Positions 8,734-18,270 of a stretch of 64,000 nt of DNA are shown here, one piece after another. The translations under genes and the position numbers were made by a program. The stretch is taken from assembly GCA_965213625.1 (NCBI GenBank), contig CBDBZU010000004.1, forward strand, positions 2,720,001 to 2,784,000, written 5' to 3'. The notes beneath the pieces were generated by a model. It saw only the letters and a list, made by a program, of their open reading frames with translations, did not search any database and was not told the DNA's origin. The stretch comes from a bacterium (GTDB lineage: Bacteria > UBA8248). How positions within the stretch are numbered: position 1 is the first letter of the stretch; each line of letters begins with the position of its first letter.

Positions 8734-10104
8734 TTATTTCATTCCAATAGCGTCGATTTGGACCAGCGATTCCGCAACCGGGCCGGGACCATGCACGATC
8801 ACGCACTCGTACGCGGGCAGGTCCTCGTCTATGAAGGTCTCGCGAACCGCCTCGTAGACCGCGAGGTCCGCCGGGTCGGAGAGATACACTCTGGTCATGG
8901 TGATGTCTGCCAATTCCAACCCCGCTCCTGCCGCACTGTTGCGCAATTGCTCCCACGCCATCCAGCATTGCGCTGCGAGACCCGGTAGACGCTCTTTTTC
9001 CTCCAAAGTCAACACGACGCGCTGTCCCGCATCGGTAAGGGCGTCCGCGCCCCGCACGAGCGTTCCCGCCTTGTCGACGCCCACCATGCCCGAGAAGTAG
9101 CAAACCGGTCCCGCCTGAGTGACGGCTGGAGCCGCAAAGGGCGCCGTCCCCGGCCAGGGGAACGACTGGCGCGTGAGCCCACTACGCCTGTCCATGGCGG
9201 TAATTTCGATCTCGATGCGCGTGCCGCGGTGGCCCACCTCGTCGAATCCCACAACGCAAAGCGATGGTTGCACCTCGGGGAAGAAATGGGTGTGTACCCG
9301 GTGGTAGGTGGAGTAATCGCGCACGTCGCTCAGGAAAATCGACACGTTCACGACATCTTCCATATCCATTCCGTGTCCAGCGAGCGTGCGGCGCAACTCG
9401 TTGAAGACGTACCAGGTTTGCGATGCGATGGGGCCGTGGCGGCTATCGGGATGGCTGCGCCCTGTTGCAAGGAAACGACCCTCCTCAGGCACGTCGTCAT
9501 AGGAGTTGACCAGCGGTTTGCCGGGCTCTGCGGTCTTGATCGGGATGTGTCCGGCGAAGAAGGAGAACGGGCCCGAGCGTATCGCCTGGCAGTAGTGCGA
9601 GGCCGCGGGAAGATCCGGGTTGTAGACGTCGGTCATCACTTCGCGTTCGCCGAACAGGCCGCCGGCGTGCGTGCAGGCGGCTATGGCGTCGACCCCGATC
9701 CAGTGTCTGCCGCGTCCGATGACGTCCGTCACTCCCAGTCCGCTGCTGGGAGCGGGCGTCGGCTGCCAGTGCACCCTTACTTGTTCGTAGCTTGGGAAAT
9801 AACGCTTGTCGCGCTGCCAGATATGCTGGCGCAGCACCTGGTCGCGATGCGTGCCCGCCGCGACGAGAACTTTTTCGAGGCTGTCGTGAACAGCCCAAGA
9901 GTCGGCGACGACTCGCTCTTCCGTGAGGTCAGCGAGCGGGTAGCCCTGCATCTGCTCGCGTCCGGCCTCGGGCAGGTCCGCGAAGCCTGCCGGACCTTCG
10001 GGCCTGAGACCTGAAACGAACAAAAGCTCGCCGGCCTTTACCGCCACCGGGTAGGACGGGAAGGCGGGAGTCACACCGTCACAAACGATAGGGAATTTCT
10101 TCAT
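8734..10104 (-). CDS. Rid (YjgF/YER057c/UK114) family protein with three tandem domains
   Basis: Three repeats of the Rid pattern (Y/F..AV.AG..LF.SG ... L...G....V....I.L.D ... P....V ... I.ID/EAIA). GGAGG RBS lies upstream of GTG/ATG 10107/10104. Confidence 0.8.
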   Translation of the reverse strand: MKKFPIVCDGVTPAFPSYPVAVKAGELLFVSGLRPEGPAGFADLPEAGREQMQGYPLADLTEERVVADSWAVHDSLEKVLVAAGTHRDQVLRQHIWQRDKRYFPSYEQVRVHWQPTPAPSSGLGVTDVIGRGRHWIGVDAIAACTHAGGLFGEREVMTDVYNPDLPAASHYCQAIRSGPFSFFAGHIPIKTAEPGKPLVNSYDDVPEEGRFLATGRSHPDSRHGPIASQTWYVFNELRRTLAGHGMDMEDVVNVSIFLSDVRDYSTYHRVHTHFFPEVQPSLCVVGFDEVGHRGTRIEIEITAMDRRSGLTRQSFPWPGTAPFAAPAVTQAGPVCYFSGMVGVDKAGTLVRGADALTDAGQRVVLTLEEKERLPGLAAQCWMAWEQLRNSAAGAGLELADITMTRVYLSDPADLAVYEAVRETFIDEDLPAYECVIVHGPGPVAESLVQIDAIGMK

Positions 10105-10192
10105 CACAAAATCATCCTCCGCGGGTTGGCAGGTTGAGGCATCCTTGAGCAGGGTAGGGGAGTTTGCCCCATGGCTCAGCGATAGTTGTCGG

Positions 10193-10954
10193 TTACATCG
10201 CCAGGGTGCCGCCATCACACGATATGAAGGCGCCGTTCATAAAATCATTCTCGTCCGAGACCATGAAGAGCGATACTTCCGCCATCTCCTCGGGAGTCGC
10301 AAAGCGGTTCACGGGTATACGGGGCAGTTTCGCCTGGGCGCGCACGGGGTCGTTGATATGAATTTCTTTTACACGCTCACTCTCCGTGGTGCCCGGCATG
10401 AGACAGTTGACGCGCAGTCCCATGGGGCCGAGTTCCACTGCCAGGGCGCGCGTCAAGTTGTGCATGGAGGTCTTCGTGGCGCAATAGAGGGCGTTGCCGG
10501 GGACCCCGCGCTCGCCGTCGATGGAGCCGATCATCAGGATTTTTCCCTTTCCCTGGGGTGCCATGAGCTTGGCCGCCTCGCGCGTGGCGATGAACACGGA
10601 TTTCGCGTTCACTTCGTATAACTCGTCGATCTGCTCGTCGGTGAATTCGAGAAAACTCTTGTGCCCTCGCATGGCTGCGCAATTCACCATGATGTCGAGA
10701 CCGCCCAGGAAATTTGCGCCGTTGCTCATGATGTCATTTGCTTTTCTCGCGTCTCTCAAGTCGTAGCATCGACCGTCGATTTTTCCGTCTTCTGCGCCAC
10801 ATTCGGCGATGATTCCACTCAAGCGTTCCTGGTTGAAACCGCCCGCCGCCCAGATGGATGCGCCCTCCGCGCTGAATCTGCGAGTGATGGCTGCACCAAT
10901 ACCCGATGAGGCGCCCGTGACGATGGCTCTCTTTCCTTCCAGCTTACCCGGCAT
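10193..10954 (-). CDS. Classical SDR oxidoreductase (FabG-like)
   Basis: TGASSGIG, catalytic Ser (IGS) and YCATK motif. Confidence 0.9.
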   Translation of the reverse strand: MPGKLEGKRAIVTGASSGIGAAITRRFSAEGASIWAAGGFNQERLSGIIAECGAEDGKIDGRCYDLRDARKANDIMSNGANFLGGLDIMVNCAAMRGHKSFLEFTDEQIDELYEVNAKSVFIATREAAKLMAPQGKGKILMIGSIDGERGVPGNALYCATKTSMHNLTRALAVELGPMGLRVNCLMPGTTESERVKEIHINDPVRAQAKLPRIPVNRFATPEEMAEVSLFMVSDENDFMNGAFISCDGGTLAM

Positions 10955-10977
10955 GTCTTCTCCTTGACATCAAATAA

Positions 10978-11862
10978 CTATTCCTCGTCCGGCAGTATCG
11001 CGGATTCTCCCATCGAAAGCGGGTCGCGCGTCGGCCAGCGTCCAGCGTCCACCTCGGTAATGAACTCGAGAACGACCCGGTTGAACATGGCGGGTTCTTC
11101 GAGGTTGATGAGATGGCCGGCATTGGGGAAGGTGACGAAAGCAGCCGTCTGGATGTTGCGCTTCATGAACAGCCCGGGTTCCAGGCAGGGGAAATCCTCA
11201 TCTCCCGTGAGAACGAGTGTGGGTACGGAGCAGTTCTTCATCTGCTCCCCGAGTTCATAGACCGAAGGCCTCGCGCTCTGTACACCGCGCATCGTGTTCG
11301 AGCAGCCAAGAGGGGAATGACTCATGAAGTGGTCGATGAATTTCTGGTAGCCGATCGCGTCTTTTCTTTTCAGTTGCATGCGCGTGGGACCGGCGGTGTA
11401 GACGGGGCCAAACTTCTCCATGCTCTCGTTCAGGAACCGGTCGGCCACTTCGTTCGCGTCTTTTTGGAATCGTTCACGCTGATCCATTTCGGAGCCGTAA
11501 CCGCAACCAGCCACGACGATGGAGCGGGTAAGTTCCGGGTGGCGGAGACCCAGATGCAGGGTCGCATAGCCGCCCATCGATAGTCCCACGACGTGGGCGG
11601 GCGCGAGTCCCAAGTCTCTGATGAGGCCGGCCAGGTCGTTCACCGCAATGTCCTGGCTGTATTGTGATGCGTCTTCGGGCACCTCGGAGGGTGGAAATCC
11701 TCTTGCGTTGTAGGTGATGACCCTGTATCTGCGGTTGAAATAGCGGACCTGATCCTCCCAACTGCGGCAGTCGCCTGCGAATTCATGAACGAAGACGATG
11801 GGCGCACCCTCGCCGCTGGCTTCGTAATACAGACTGACGCCGTTTGTTCTCACTTCAGGCAT
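10978..11862 (-). CDS. Alpha/beta hydrolase (enol-lactonase/RutD-like)
   Basis: VFVHEF, nucleophile elbow GLSMGG, GDED and AGHLIN catalytic His; start ATG 11862 after GAGGAG. Confidence 0.88.
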   Translation of the reverse strand: MPEVRTNGVSLYYEASGEGAPIVFVHEFAGDCRSWEDQVRYFNRRYRVITYNARGFPPSEVPEDASQYSQDIAVNDLAGLIRDLGLAPAHVVGLSMGGYATLHLGLRHPELTRSIVVAGCGYGSEMDQRERFQKDANEVADRFLNESMEKFGPVYTAGPTRMQLKRKDAIGYQKFIDHFMSHSPLGCSNTMRGVQSARPSVYELGEQMKNCSVPTLVLTGDEDFPCLEPGLFMKRNIQTAAFVTFPNAGHLINLEEPAMFNRVVLEFITEVDAGRWPTRDPLSMGESAILPDEE

Positions 11863-12203
11863 GGTGTTCTCCTCGCAGGATGACGTGTGATTATGAAATT
11901 CGTTTCTTACGGGAGAATCGGCAAAATGACAATGCGGAAGAGCGAATTCGCCAGTGTTTTCGGGTCGCCGCGCCCTCATGGTCGATTTTGATAAAGAGTT
12001 GTGAAAGATTCGTCTTTCGGGAGATATTTCTTTTTGGGGGACTTGATTTCTGAACCTGTCTGGCTCATGATATCTGGGATTGCTCACAGTATTGAGTTTG
12101 ACTAAAGATTGGCATGGCAACTTCGCTTGAACGCCCGAACATACCTGAAACGACACTCTGGGATGCTCTTGCAGATTGATTCTTCAAGAATGGGAGAAAA
12201 CCC

Positions 12204-13610
12204 TTGTCCACGGCGCCTAAGAAACACAGCCTAGCAATTCACAGAAAAGCCGAAAGAAAGCTCCAGTGGGAGACGGTCTTCGTCATTGGTGTGATTCATC
12301 TGCTCGCCCTGATGGCTTTTGATTTGAGTTATTTCAGCGTTTCCGGTCTCATAGTAGGAATCGTGATGTATTTCGTCGCCGGGATGGTGGGTGTCACGGT
12401 TTCCTATCACCGACTTCTGACGCACAGGAGTTTTCAGACGTATAAGCCGGTGGAGTATTTCCTGACTTTTTGCGCTTGTCAGGCGCTTCAGAGCGGGCCC
12501 ATCGAGTGGGTGGCGATGCACCGCATACACCACAAGGAATCGGACGAGGAGCCCGACCCCCATTCCCCGCTGGTGAACTTCTTGTGGGCGCATGCCGGAT
12601 GGCTTTTCGTCAGTATGCCGGACGCGCACACCTATGACGAGTATTCGCGTTTCGCGAAGGATTTACACCGCGACAAATGGCAGCGGTTTTTCGATAAATT
12701 CTTTTTCCCCATCTATGTTCTGACGGCGGTGGCGATCTACTTCGCCGGGGAGTGGTACGGCGGCTTGGGCATGTCATGGCTGGTCTGGGGCGTATTCGTG
12801 CGAACGGTCGTTTTGTGGCACTGCACATGGGCGGTGAATTCGGTGACGCACACCTTCGGTTACCGCAATTACAATACGGACGAGGAGAGCACCAACAACT
12901 GGCTCGTCGCAATCTTCTCCTTCGGCGAGGGCTGGCACAACAATCACCATGCGGATCAGCGCTCGGCCGCCCACGGCCAGCGATGGTTCGAAGTAGACAT
13001 CACCTATCGGCTAATCAAGATCATGGAACTCTTGGGTCTGGCTTGGGGGGTGAGAGAGCCTAGCCAGCGCGTTGTGGCGAAAAGGCTCGACATCATGGTG
13101 GACCAGGAGGGGTTGCGCGCCTCCGAGGCGAGGAGGTTGGCTTCGGAGGAGGTGCGGGCCGAAGTGCTCCACACGATGACGGACCCGACGATGCCGCTGG
13201 AAGTCCCCCGGATGCCCTCGCTGAACGAAGCAAGCGAGGCGGCGATGAAATCGGCCCGAAAGGCGATGGAATCGGTCAACACGGCGCTCGCGCACGCCTC
13301 TCACGCGCTACGACATAAAGAAGATGATGCCGACCAGTCGGTTCGCCAGATGCTGGAGAAGGGCAAGGACATGGCGATGGCGGCCGTCGAACAGGCCAAA
13401 TACGCTGCGGCTGAAGCCGCCGAGTTTTCCGCACAGGCGAGCGCGTATCTGGCGGATGCAAAAGACAGGGCTACGGAATCCGCCCAGCAAGCGGCTGAAA
13501 GTGCGAAATCGCTCGCACAGGAGGCGAGCGAAGCGGCTTCAAAAGCCGCCGATGAGATTGCGGCCGCATTCAAGGGAATCGACAGGCCGGTCATCACCTC
13601 CGCAGTATAA
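12204..13610 (+). CDS. Acyl-CoA/acyl-lipid delta-9 desaturase with long Ala-rich C-terminal extension
   Basis: His boxes HRLLTH, HRIHH and GEGWHNNHH, plus VNSVTH; about 180 extra C-terminal residues. Confidence 0.9.
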   Translation: MSTAPKKHSLAIHRKAERKLQWETVFVIGVIHLLALMAFDLSYFSVSGLIVGIVMYFVAGMVGVTVSYHRLLTHRSFQTYKPVEYFLTFCACQALQSGPIEWVAMHRIHHKESDEEPDPHSPLVNFLWAHAGWLFVSMPDAHTYDEYSRFAKDLHRDKWQRFFDKFFFPIYVLTAVAIYFAGEWYGGLGMSWLVWGVFVRTVVLWHCTWAVNSVTHTFGYRNYNTDEESTNNWLVAIFSFGEGWHNNHHADQRSAAHGQRWFEVDITYRLIKIMELLGLAWGVREPSQRVVAKRLDIMVDQEGLRASEARRLASEEVRAEVLHTMTDPTMPLEVPRMPSLNEASEAAMKSARKAMESVNTALAHASHALRHKEDDADQSVRQMLEKGKDMAMAAVEQAKYAAAEAAEFSAQASAYLADAKDRATESAQQAAESAKSLAQEASEAASKAADEIAAAFKGIDRPVITSAV

Positions 13611-13622
13611 AAAAGAATTCTG

Positions 13623-13654
13623 AAAAAGCCGGAGCGCGTTGCTTCGGCTTTTTT
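13623..13654 (+). terminator. Rho-independent (bidirectional) terminator
   Basis: AAAAAGCCGGAGC-GCGTT-GCTTCGGCTTTTTT. Confidence 0.8.
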
Positions 13655-13786
13655 GCGTCTCTTCCGTCTCGCGTGAGAAGCAAAGCGCTACCGGCTTTGG
13701 AGGCAGTATTTACAATGGGCTCTCAAGGAAGAGGGCCCGGGAAAATGAATCAGGCGCTGAAATCGCGCCCTGACACCCGGAGCGCC

Positions 13787-13815
13787 TTGACGCTCCCGCT
13801 TCCGGCTCCTAGATT
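13787..13815 (+). promoter_or_regulatory. Putative sigma70 promoter of ilvC
   Basis: TTGACG-17 nt-TAGATT. Confidence 0.55.
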
Positions 13816-13941
13816 ATGGTTTCTTTTTTCAGCGGTTTCCCCTAAGAAGCCGACTTCTTTTCGAAAGACGGGTGTTTTCGACCCAAGTGGATCGTTTTTG
13901 ATGGCGCGGCGAGGGCTGCGAATCCTGGAGGGCCAATGGCC

Positions 13942-14979
13942 ATGAGTGAAGTGAATGAACAACAATTATTAAAAGACCTGAAAATTTACTATGACGCCGA
14001 TTCGGACCTGAATCTGCTACAAAACAGAAAAATCGCCGTCATCGGCTACGGAAGCCAGGGGCGCGCCCATGCGCTGAATGCACAGGACAGCGGAGCGGAC
14101 GTCGTCGTGGGTTTAAGGAAATCCTCCCCGCGCTGGAAGCAGGCCGAGGATGATGGCCTCGAGGTGATGGAAACGGCCGAGGCGGCCAAGGCGGGCGACA
14201 TGGTCGTTATCCTCACGCAGGATCATCTCCAGCCTGCCATCTGGAATGCGGACATTGCGCCCAACATGAAAGACGGTGACGCTCTGGTGGTTGCTCATGG
14301 CTTCAACCTGAATTACGGACAAATCATTCCTCCCGAGAACATTGACGTCGTGATGATTGCGCCCAAAAGCCCGGGCCACACCATGCGGTTCCAATATGAG
14401 GACGGGCGCGGCGTGCCTGGCCTTGTGGCCGTCTTTCAGGATGCTACGGGTAAGGCGAAAGAATACGCCCTGGCCTACGGCAAGGCGGTGGGCTGCGCCC
14501 GCGCCGGCATCATCGAGACGACCATCGAAGAAGAAACCGAAACGGACCTTTTCGGCGAACAGGCGGTGCTGTGCGGCGGCATCACCGAGTTGATTCGCGT
14601 CGCGTTCGAAACGCTCGTGGAGGCGGGTTACCAGCCTGCGCTGGCATATTTCGAGTGTTTGCATGAGGTGAAGCTGATCACCGACCTGATCTACCAGGGC
14701 GGCATCACCATGATGCGCTATTCGGTTTCGGACACCGCCGAGTACGGAGACATCACACGGGGCAAGGTGGTCATCGACGATGCGACGCGCGAACGGATGC
14801 GCGGAATCCTGCGCGACATCCAGACCGGCAAGTTCGCCAGCGAGTGGATAAATGAGAACATGGTGAACCGGCCTACGTTCAATACCGTGGTGCGCAAGGA
14901 GAAGGAGCACGACATCGAAGTGGTCGGCCGCCGCCTGCGCGCGATGATGCCCTGGATCGAGGAGCGGGAAGTGGTATAA
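13942..14979 (+). CDS. ilvC: Ketol-acid reductoisomerase
   Basis: [34 protein letters not shown] and SDTAEYG motifs. Confidence 0.97.
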   Translation: MSEVNEQQLLKDLKIYYDADSDLNLLQNRKIAVIGYGSQGRAHALNAQDSGADVVVGLRKSSPRWKQAEDDGLEVMETAEAAKAGDMVVILTQDHLQPAIWNADIAPNMKDGDALVVAHGFNLNYGQIIPPENIDVVMIAPKSPGHTMRFQYEDGRGVPGLVAVFQDATGKAKEYALAYGKAVGCARAGIIETTIEEETETDLFGEQAVLCGGITELIRVAFETLVEAGYQPALAYFECLHEVKLITDLIYQGGITMMRYSVSDTAEYGDITRGKVVIDDATRERMRGILRDIQTGKFASEWINENMVNRPTFNTVVRKEKEHDIEVVGRRLRAMMPWIEEREVV

Positions 14980-15001
14980 GAGGGCATTCTCGAGAAATTC
15001 T

Positions 15002-15038
15002 GGCCGGCGGGGTTTAGGACCCCGCCGGTTTTTCTTTT
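15002..15038 (+). terminator. Rho-independent terminator
   Basis: GGCCGGCGGGGT-loop-ACCCCGCCGGTT followed by TTTCTTTT. Confidence 0.8.
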
Positions 15039-15143
15039 AAAAATGTTGAGTTATGCGGAGGTTGCGCTCTCAATCTGCTTGAAAGAAACATTCGAGCGTC
15101 GTATTCTTGACAAATGTTGCATTGGGCCGCCGAGAGGGAATAG

Positions 15144-15620
15144 ATGAGCGTTCAGAAAATCAAATTTCTCATTGCGGGCATGATAATCGTGAGCGCGTTC
15201 GCCTACCTGGCCATATCGGGATTTCAGAGCGAGAATCTGGTCTATTTCCTGACCGTGGATGAGGTATCTCAGAAGGCGCCGACACTGGGGGGGCGCGGCA
15301 TCCGGGTGCAGGGCAAAATCGTGCCCAGGACGATTCAGAAAAATCCTGACGCCATGCTGCTCGCCTTCCATATCCAGGGCGAGAAGGTCACATTGCCCGT
15401 GAGCTACAAAGGGGTTCCCCCCGATTTGCTCGAGAACGGGTTCCCGGTCATTGCCGAGGGAAAGCTCAACGGAAAAGGGGTTTTGGTGGCGAAGAACCTG
15501 ATGGTTGCGTGCCCCTCGAAATTCGAGGAAATGAAGGAGACGGGGGAGAGCATACCGACGGATCACGAGGCAATGATGAAACAAGCCACGAAGCGCAAAC
15601 AGATGTCCGAAGCCCGTTAG
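15144..15620 (+). CDS. ccmE: Heme chaperone CcmE (Cys-type, motif CPSKF)
   Basis: N-terminal TM, VYFLTVDE, V.YKG.PPDLL...VIAEG OB-fold motif and ACPSKF; first gene of the Ccm operon. Confidence 0.88.
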   Translation: MSVQKIKFLIAGMIIVSAFAYLAISGFQSENLVYFLTVDEVSQKAPTLGGRGIRVQGKIVPRTIQKNPDAMLLAFHIQGEKVTLPVSYKGVPPDLLENGFPVIAEGKLNGKGVLVAKNLMVACPSKFEEMKETGESIPTDHEAMMKQATKRKQMSEAR

Positions 15621-15693
15621 CCACAAGTCCGCGAGGTAAGAGCCTTGTCTCTCGTGCTGTCTTGAAAATCCGCTCCATCCCGGGAGTTTTCAG

Positions 15694-17658
15694 TTGATTG
15701 CCATTCAGTTCGGTCACTACAGCTTGCTGGCGTCGCTCGTCCTGGCGGTGTTCGGGATCGGAGCTTCGATCTTCGGCGCTCTAAAGCGCAGGGCCGACCT
15801 CATCGCCGCGGGCCGAAACGCCGCCGTCGGTGTTTTCTGGTTGGTGAGCGGCGCGAGCGCGTGTCTCATCTATCTGCTTATGGTGCGCGACTACCGCGTG
15901 GAATACGTGGCGGGACACGTCAACAACACGCTCAATGGTTTTTACCGATTCAGCGCGTTCTGGGGAGGGCAGGAGGGGAGCCTGCTGATGTGGCTCCTGC
16001 TCTTGTGCGTGTATGCGTTCGTCGTCATTCACCAAAACCGCGACAGAAACCTGGAGTTGATGCCATACGTCACGGCCACGCTCATGGCGACGGCGCTTTT
16101 CTTCCTGGTGATTCTCAATTTCGTTACCCCGCCCTTCGACACGCTCACCACGCCGCCCCCGGACGGACGCGGCCTGAACCCGCTCCTGCAGGACTGGGGG
16201 ATGGTGATCCACCCGCCCAACCTGTATCTGGGTTACGTGGGTTTCGCCGTACCTTTTGCCTTCTGCATCGGCGCTCTGGCGAGCGGCAAGCTCGATACCG
16301 ACTGGATTACCTCGACGCGCCGCTGGACGCTGTTCGCCTGGTTCTTCAACGGGGTCGGTATCCTGCTCGGCGGCGCTTGGGCCTACAAGGAACTGGGCTG
16401 GGGCGGATACTGGGCGTGGGACCCGGTGGAGAACGCGAGCCTCATGCCCTGGCTCGTGGGGACCGCCTTTCTTCATTCGGTGATGATTCAGGAAAAACGC
16501 GGGATGCTCAAGGTCTGGAACGTCTCGCTCATCATCATCACATATGCCCTCACGATTTTTGGCACTTTCCTGACGAGAAGCGGCATCATCTCGAGCGTGC
16601 ACGCTTTTGCGAACTCATCGTTCGGCTGGGCGTTTCTGGTCTATTTACTCATAGCGCTCGTCATATCCTTTGGCCTGATGATATGGCGTCTGCCCGAACT
16701 TCAGAGCGAACACGAGATGGAGAGCTTCTTCTCGCGCGAAGCGAGTTTTCTGCTCAACAACGTCGTACTCATGGGCATCACGTTCGCTGTCTTTTGGGGG
16801 ACGATTTTCCCGGTTGTTTCAGAAGCCGTGAAGGGCGTCAAGGTCACCGTGGGGCCGCCGTTCTTCAATCAGGTAAACGTGCCCATCGGGCTGTTGCTGA
16901 TTTTGCTTTGCGGCGCGGGGCCCCTTTTCGCATGGCGCCGGACCTCGCGAAAACAGATGAACAGGAGTTTCGTCTATCCATCGGTGGTGGCGGTGGGCGC
17001 CCTGGTCGTTTTGATGCTATTCGGCGTGCACCACGTCTACGCGGCGCTCGCGTTCGGTTTGAGCGCGTTCGTGGTGGGAACCATCGTTTCGGAGTATTGG
17101 CGGGGTATTTCCTCGCGCGTTCGTCACCAGGGGGAGCGCATTGTCCAGGCCGCGTGGGAACTCACCATGCGCAACAAGCGGCGTTTCGGTGGCTACATCG
17201 TCCATTTGGGAATGGCGATATTGTTCGTGGGCGTAGCGGCGTCCTCGGCCTATCAGGAAGTGGGTGAGGTGCGCCTGCGTCTGGGTGAGAGTTTTGCGCT
17301 CAACGGCGTGCGGATGCGCTATGAGGGGATTCGCAAGAACACGACGCCGCAATTCCGATCCGCCTTCGCGCGGCTGGGGGTCTATCGGGCGGGGTATCGC
17401 ATCGGGGAGGTGGAGCCGGAGAAGAGGCTCTATTTCACGCCCCCGCAGCCGACGACGGAGCCCGGCATCCGCCGGGGGGCGCGTTCGGACATTTACGCCG
17501 TCTTCGCCGAGGCCGACCCCGACGGCACGGCCACGTTCAAGTTCATGGTGAACCCGTTAGTGAACTGGGTTTGGGCGGGAGGCGTCGTCTTCACGCTCGG
17601 CTCCATCGTCTGCTTCCTGCCGGAGCGTTGGGGCAGGCGAAGAAAAAAACGGGCTTAA
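15694..17658 (+). CDS. ccmF: Cytochrome c heme lyase CcmF
   Basis: WGGQEGSLL, LNPLLQ...HPP, WGGYWAWDPVEN, TRSG..SVHAF and NPLVNWVW motifs. Confidence 0.96.
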   Translation: MIAIQFGHYSLLASLVLAVFGIGASIFGALKRRADLIAAGRNAAVGVFWLVSGASACLIYLLMVRDYRVEYVAGHVNNTLNGFYRFSAFWGGQEGSLLMWLLLLCVYAFVVIHQNRDRNLELMPYVTATLMATALFFLVILNFVTPPFDTLTTPPPDGRGLNPLLQDWGMVIHPPNLYLGYVGFAVPFAFCIGALASGKLDTDWITSTRRWTLFAWFFNGVGILLGGAWAYKELGWGGYWAWDPVENASLMPWLVGTAFLHSVMIQEKRGMLKVWNVSLIIITYALTIFGTFLTRSGIISSVHAFANSSFGWAFLVYLLIALVISFGLMIWRLPELQSEHEMESFFSREASFLLNNVVLMGITFAVFWGTIFPVVSEAVKGVKVTVGPPFFNQVNVPIGLLLILLCGAGPLFAWRRTSRKQMNRSFVYPSVVAVGALVVLMLFGVHHVYAALAFGLSAFVVGTIVSEYWRGISSRVRHQGERIVQAAWELTMRNKRRFGGYIVHLGMAILFVGVAASSAYQEVGEVRLRLGESFALNGVRMRYEGIRKNTTPQFRSAFARLGVYRAGYRIGEVEPEKRLYFTPPQPTTEPGIRRGARSDIYAVFAEADPDGTATFKFMVNPLVNWVWAGGVVFTLGSIVCFLPERWGRRRKKRA

Positions 17659-17661
17659 ACG

Positions 17662-18270
17662 GTGGAGATTCTGGGGACCGTCATCGCTTTGGGAGCCGTC
17701 GGCGCGGCGTTCATCTATACCATCTGGCCCATTATGCGTCCGCAGACGGCCGAAGGCGTCTTGCCGAACGAGGAAAACGCGCGGTCGCTTTCGAATCATG
17801 AAGTGACGCGGCTGCTGATGGAGCGTGAGCAGGCCTACAAGAACATCATGGATATCGAGTTCGACAAGGAGATGGGCAAGCTCTCCGATGAAGACTACAC
17901 CCAGATGATGACGCCGGCACGCGCCCGTGCTGTGGATGTGCTAAGACGCCTAGACGCCCGGGGGGTGAAAGAAGGCATGGCGCCCGTTCAGGTGAGCGAG
18001 CGAGAAGCGACTGAGGCGGCTGCCCGGCTCGAAACAAAACATCCGCCTCCCGAGAAAGTCAGGGCCGAGCAATCACCATCGCTCGATGAGCGCCTGGAAG
18101 CGGAAATCTTGCGTTACAGAAAAAATGTGGGCGAATCGCAAGATGAATTACAAGATTCGTCATCCAATGAGCAAGCGAAAAGTACGAAACCCCGGTTTTG
18201 CGCCTCGTGCGGAAACGCCGTGGATGAAGCGGACAATTTTTGCACCGCCTGTGGGCGCCAGCTAAGTTGA
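17662..18270 (+). CDS. Membrane-anchored CcmI/CycH-N-like protein with C-terminal zinc ribbon
   Basis: N-terminal TM, DIEFDKEMGKLSDEDY motif and FCASCG-x8-FCTACG; located within the Ccm operon. Confidence 0.6.
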   Translation: MEILGTVIALGAVGAAFIYTIWPIMRPQTAEGVLPNEENARSLSNHEVTRLLMEREQAYKNIMDIEFDKEMGKLSDEDYTQMMTPARARAVDVLRRLDARGVKEGMAPVQVSEREATEAAARLETKHPPPEKVRAEQSPSLDERLEAEILRYRKNVGESQDELQDSSSNEQAKSTKPRFCASCGNAVDEADNFCTACGRQLS

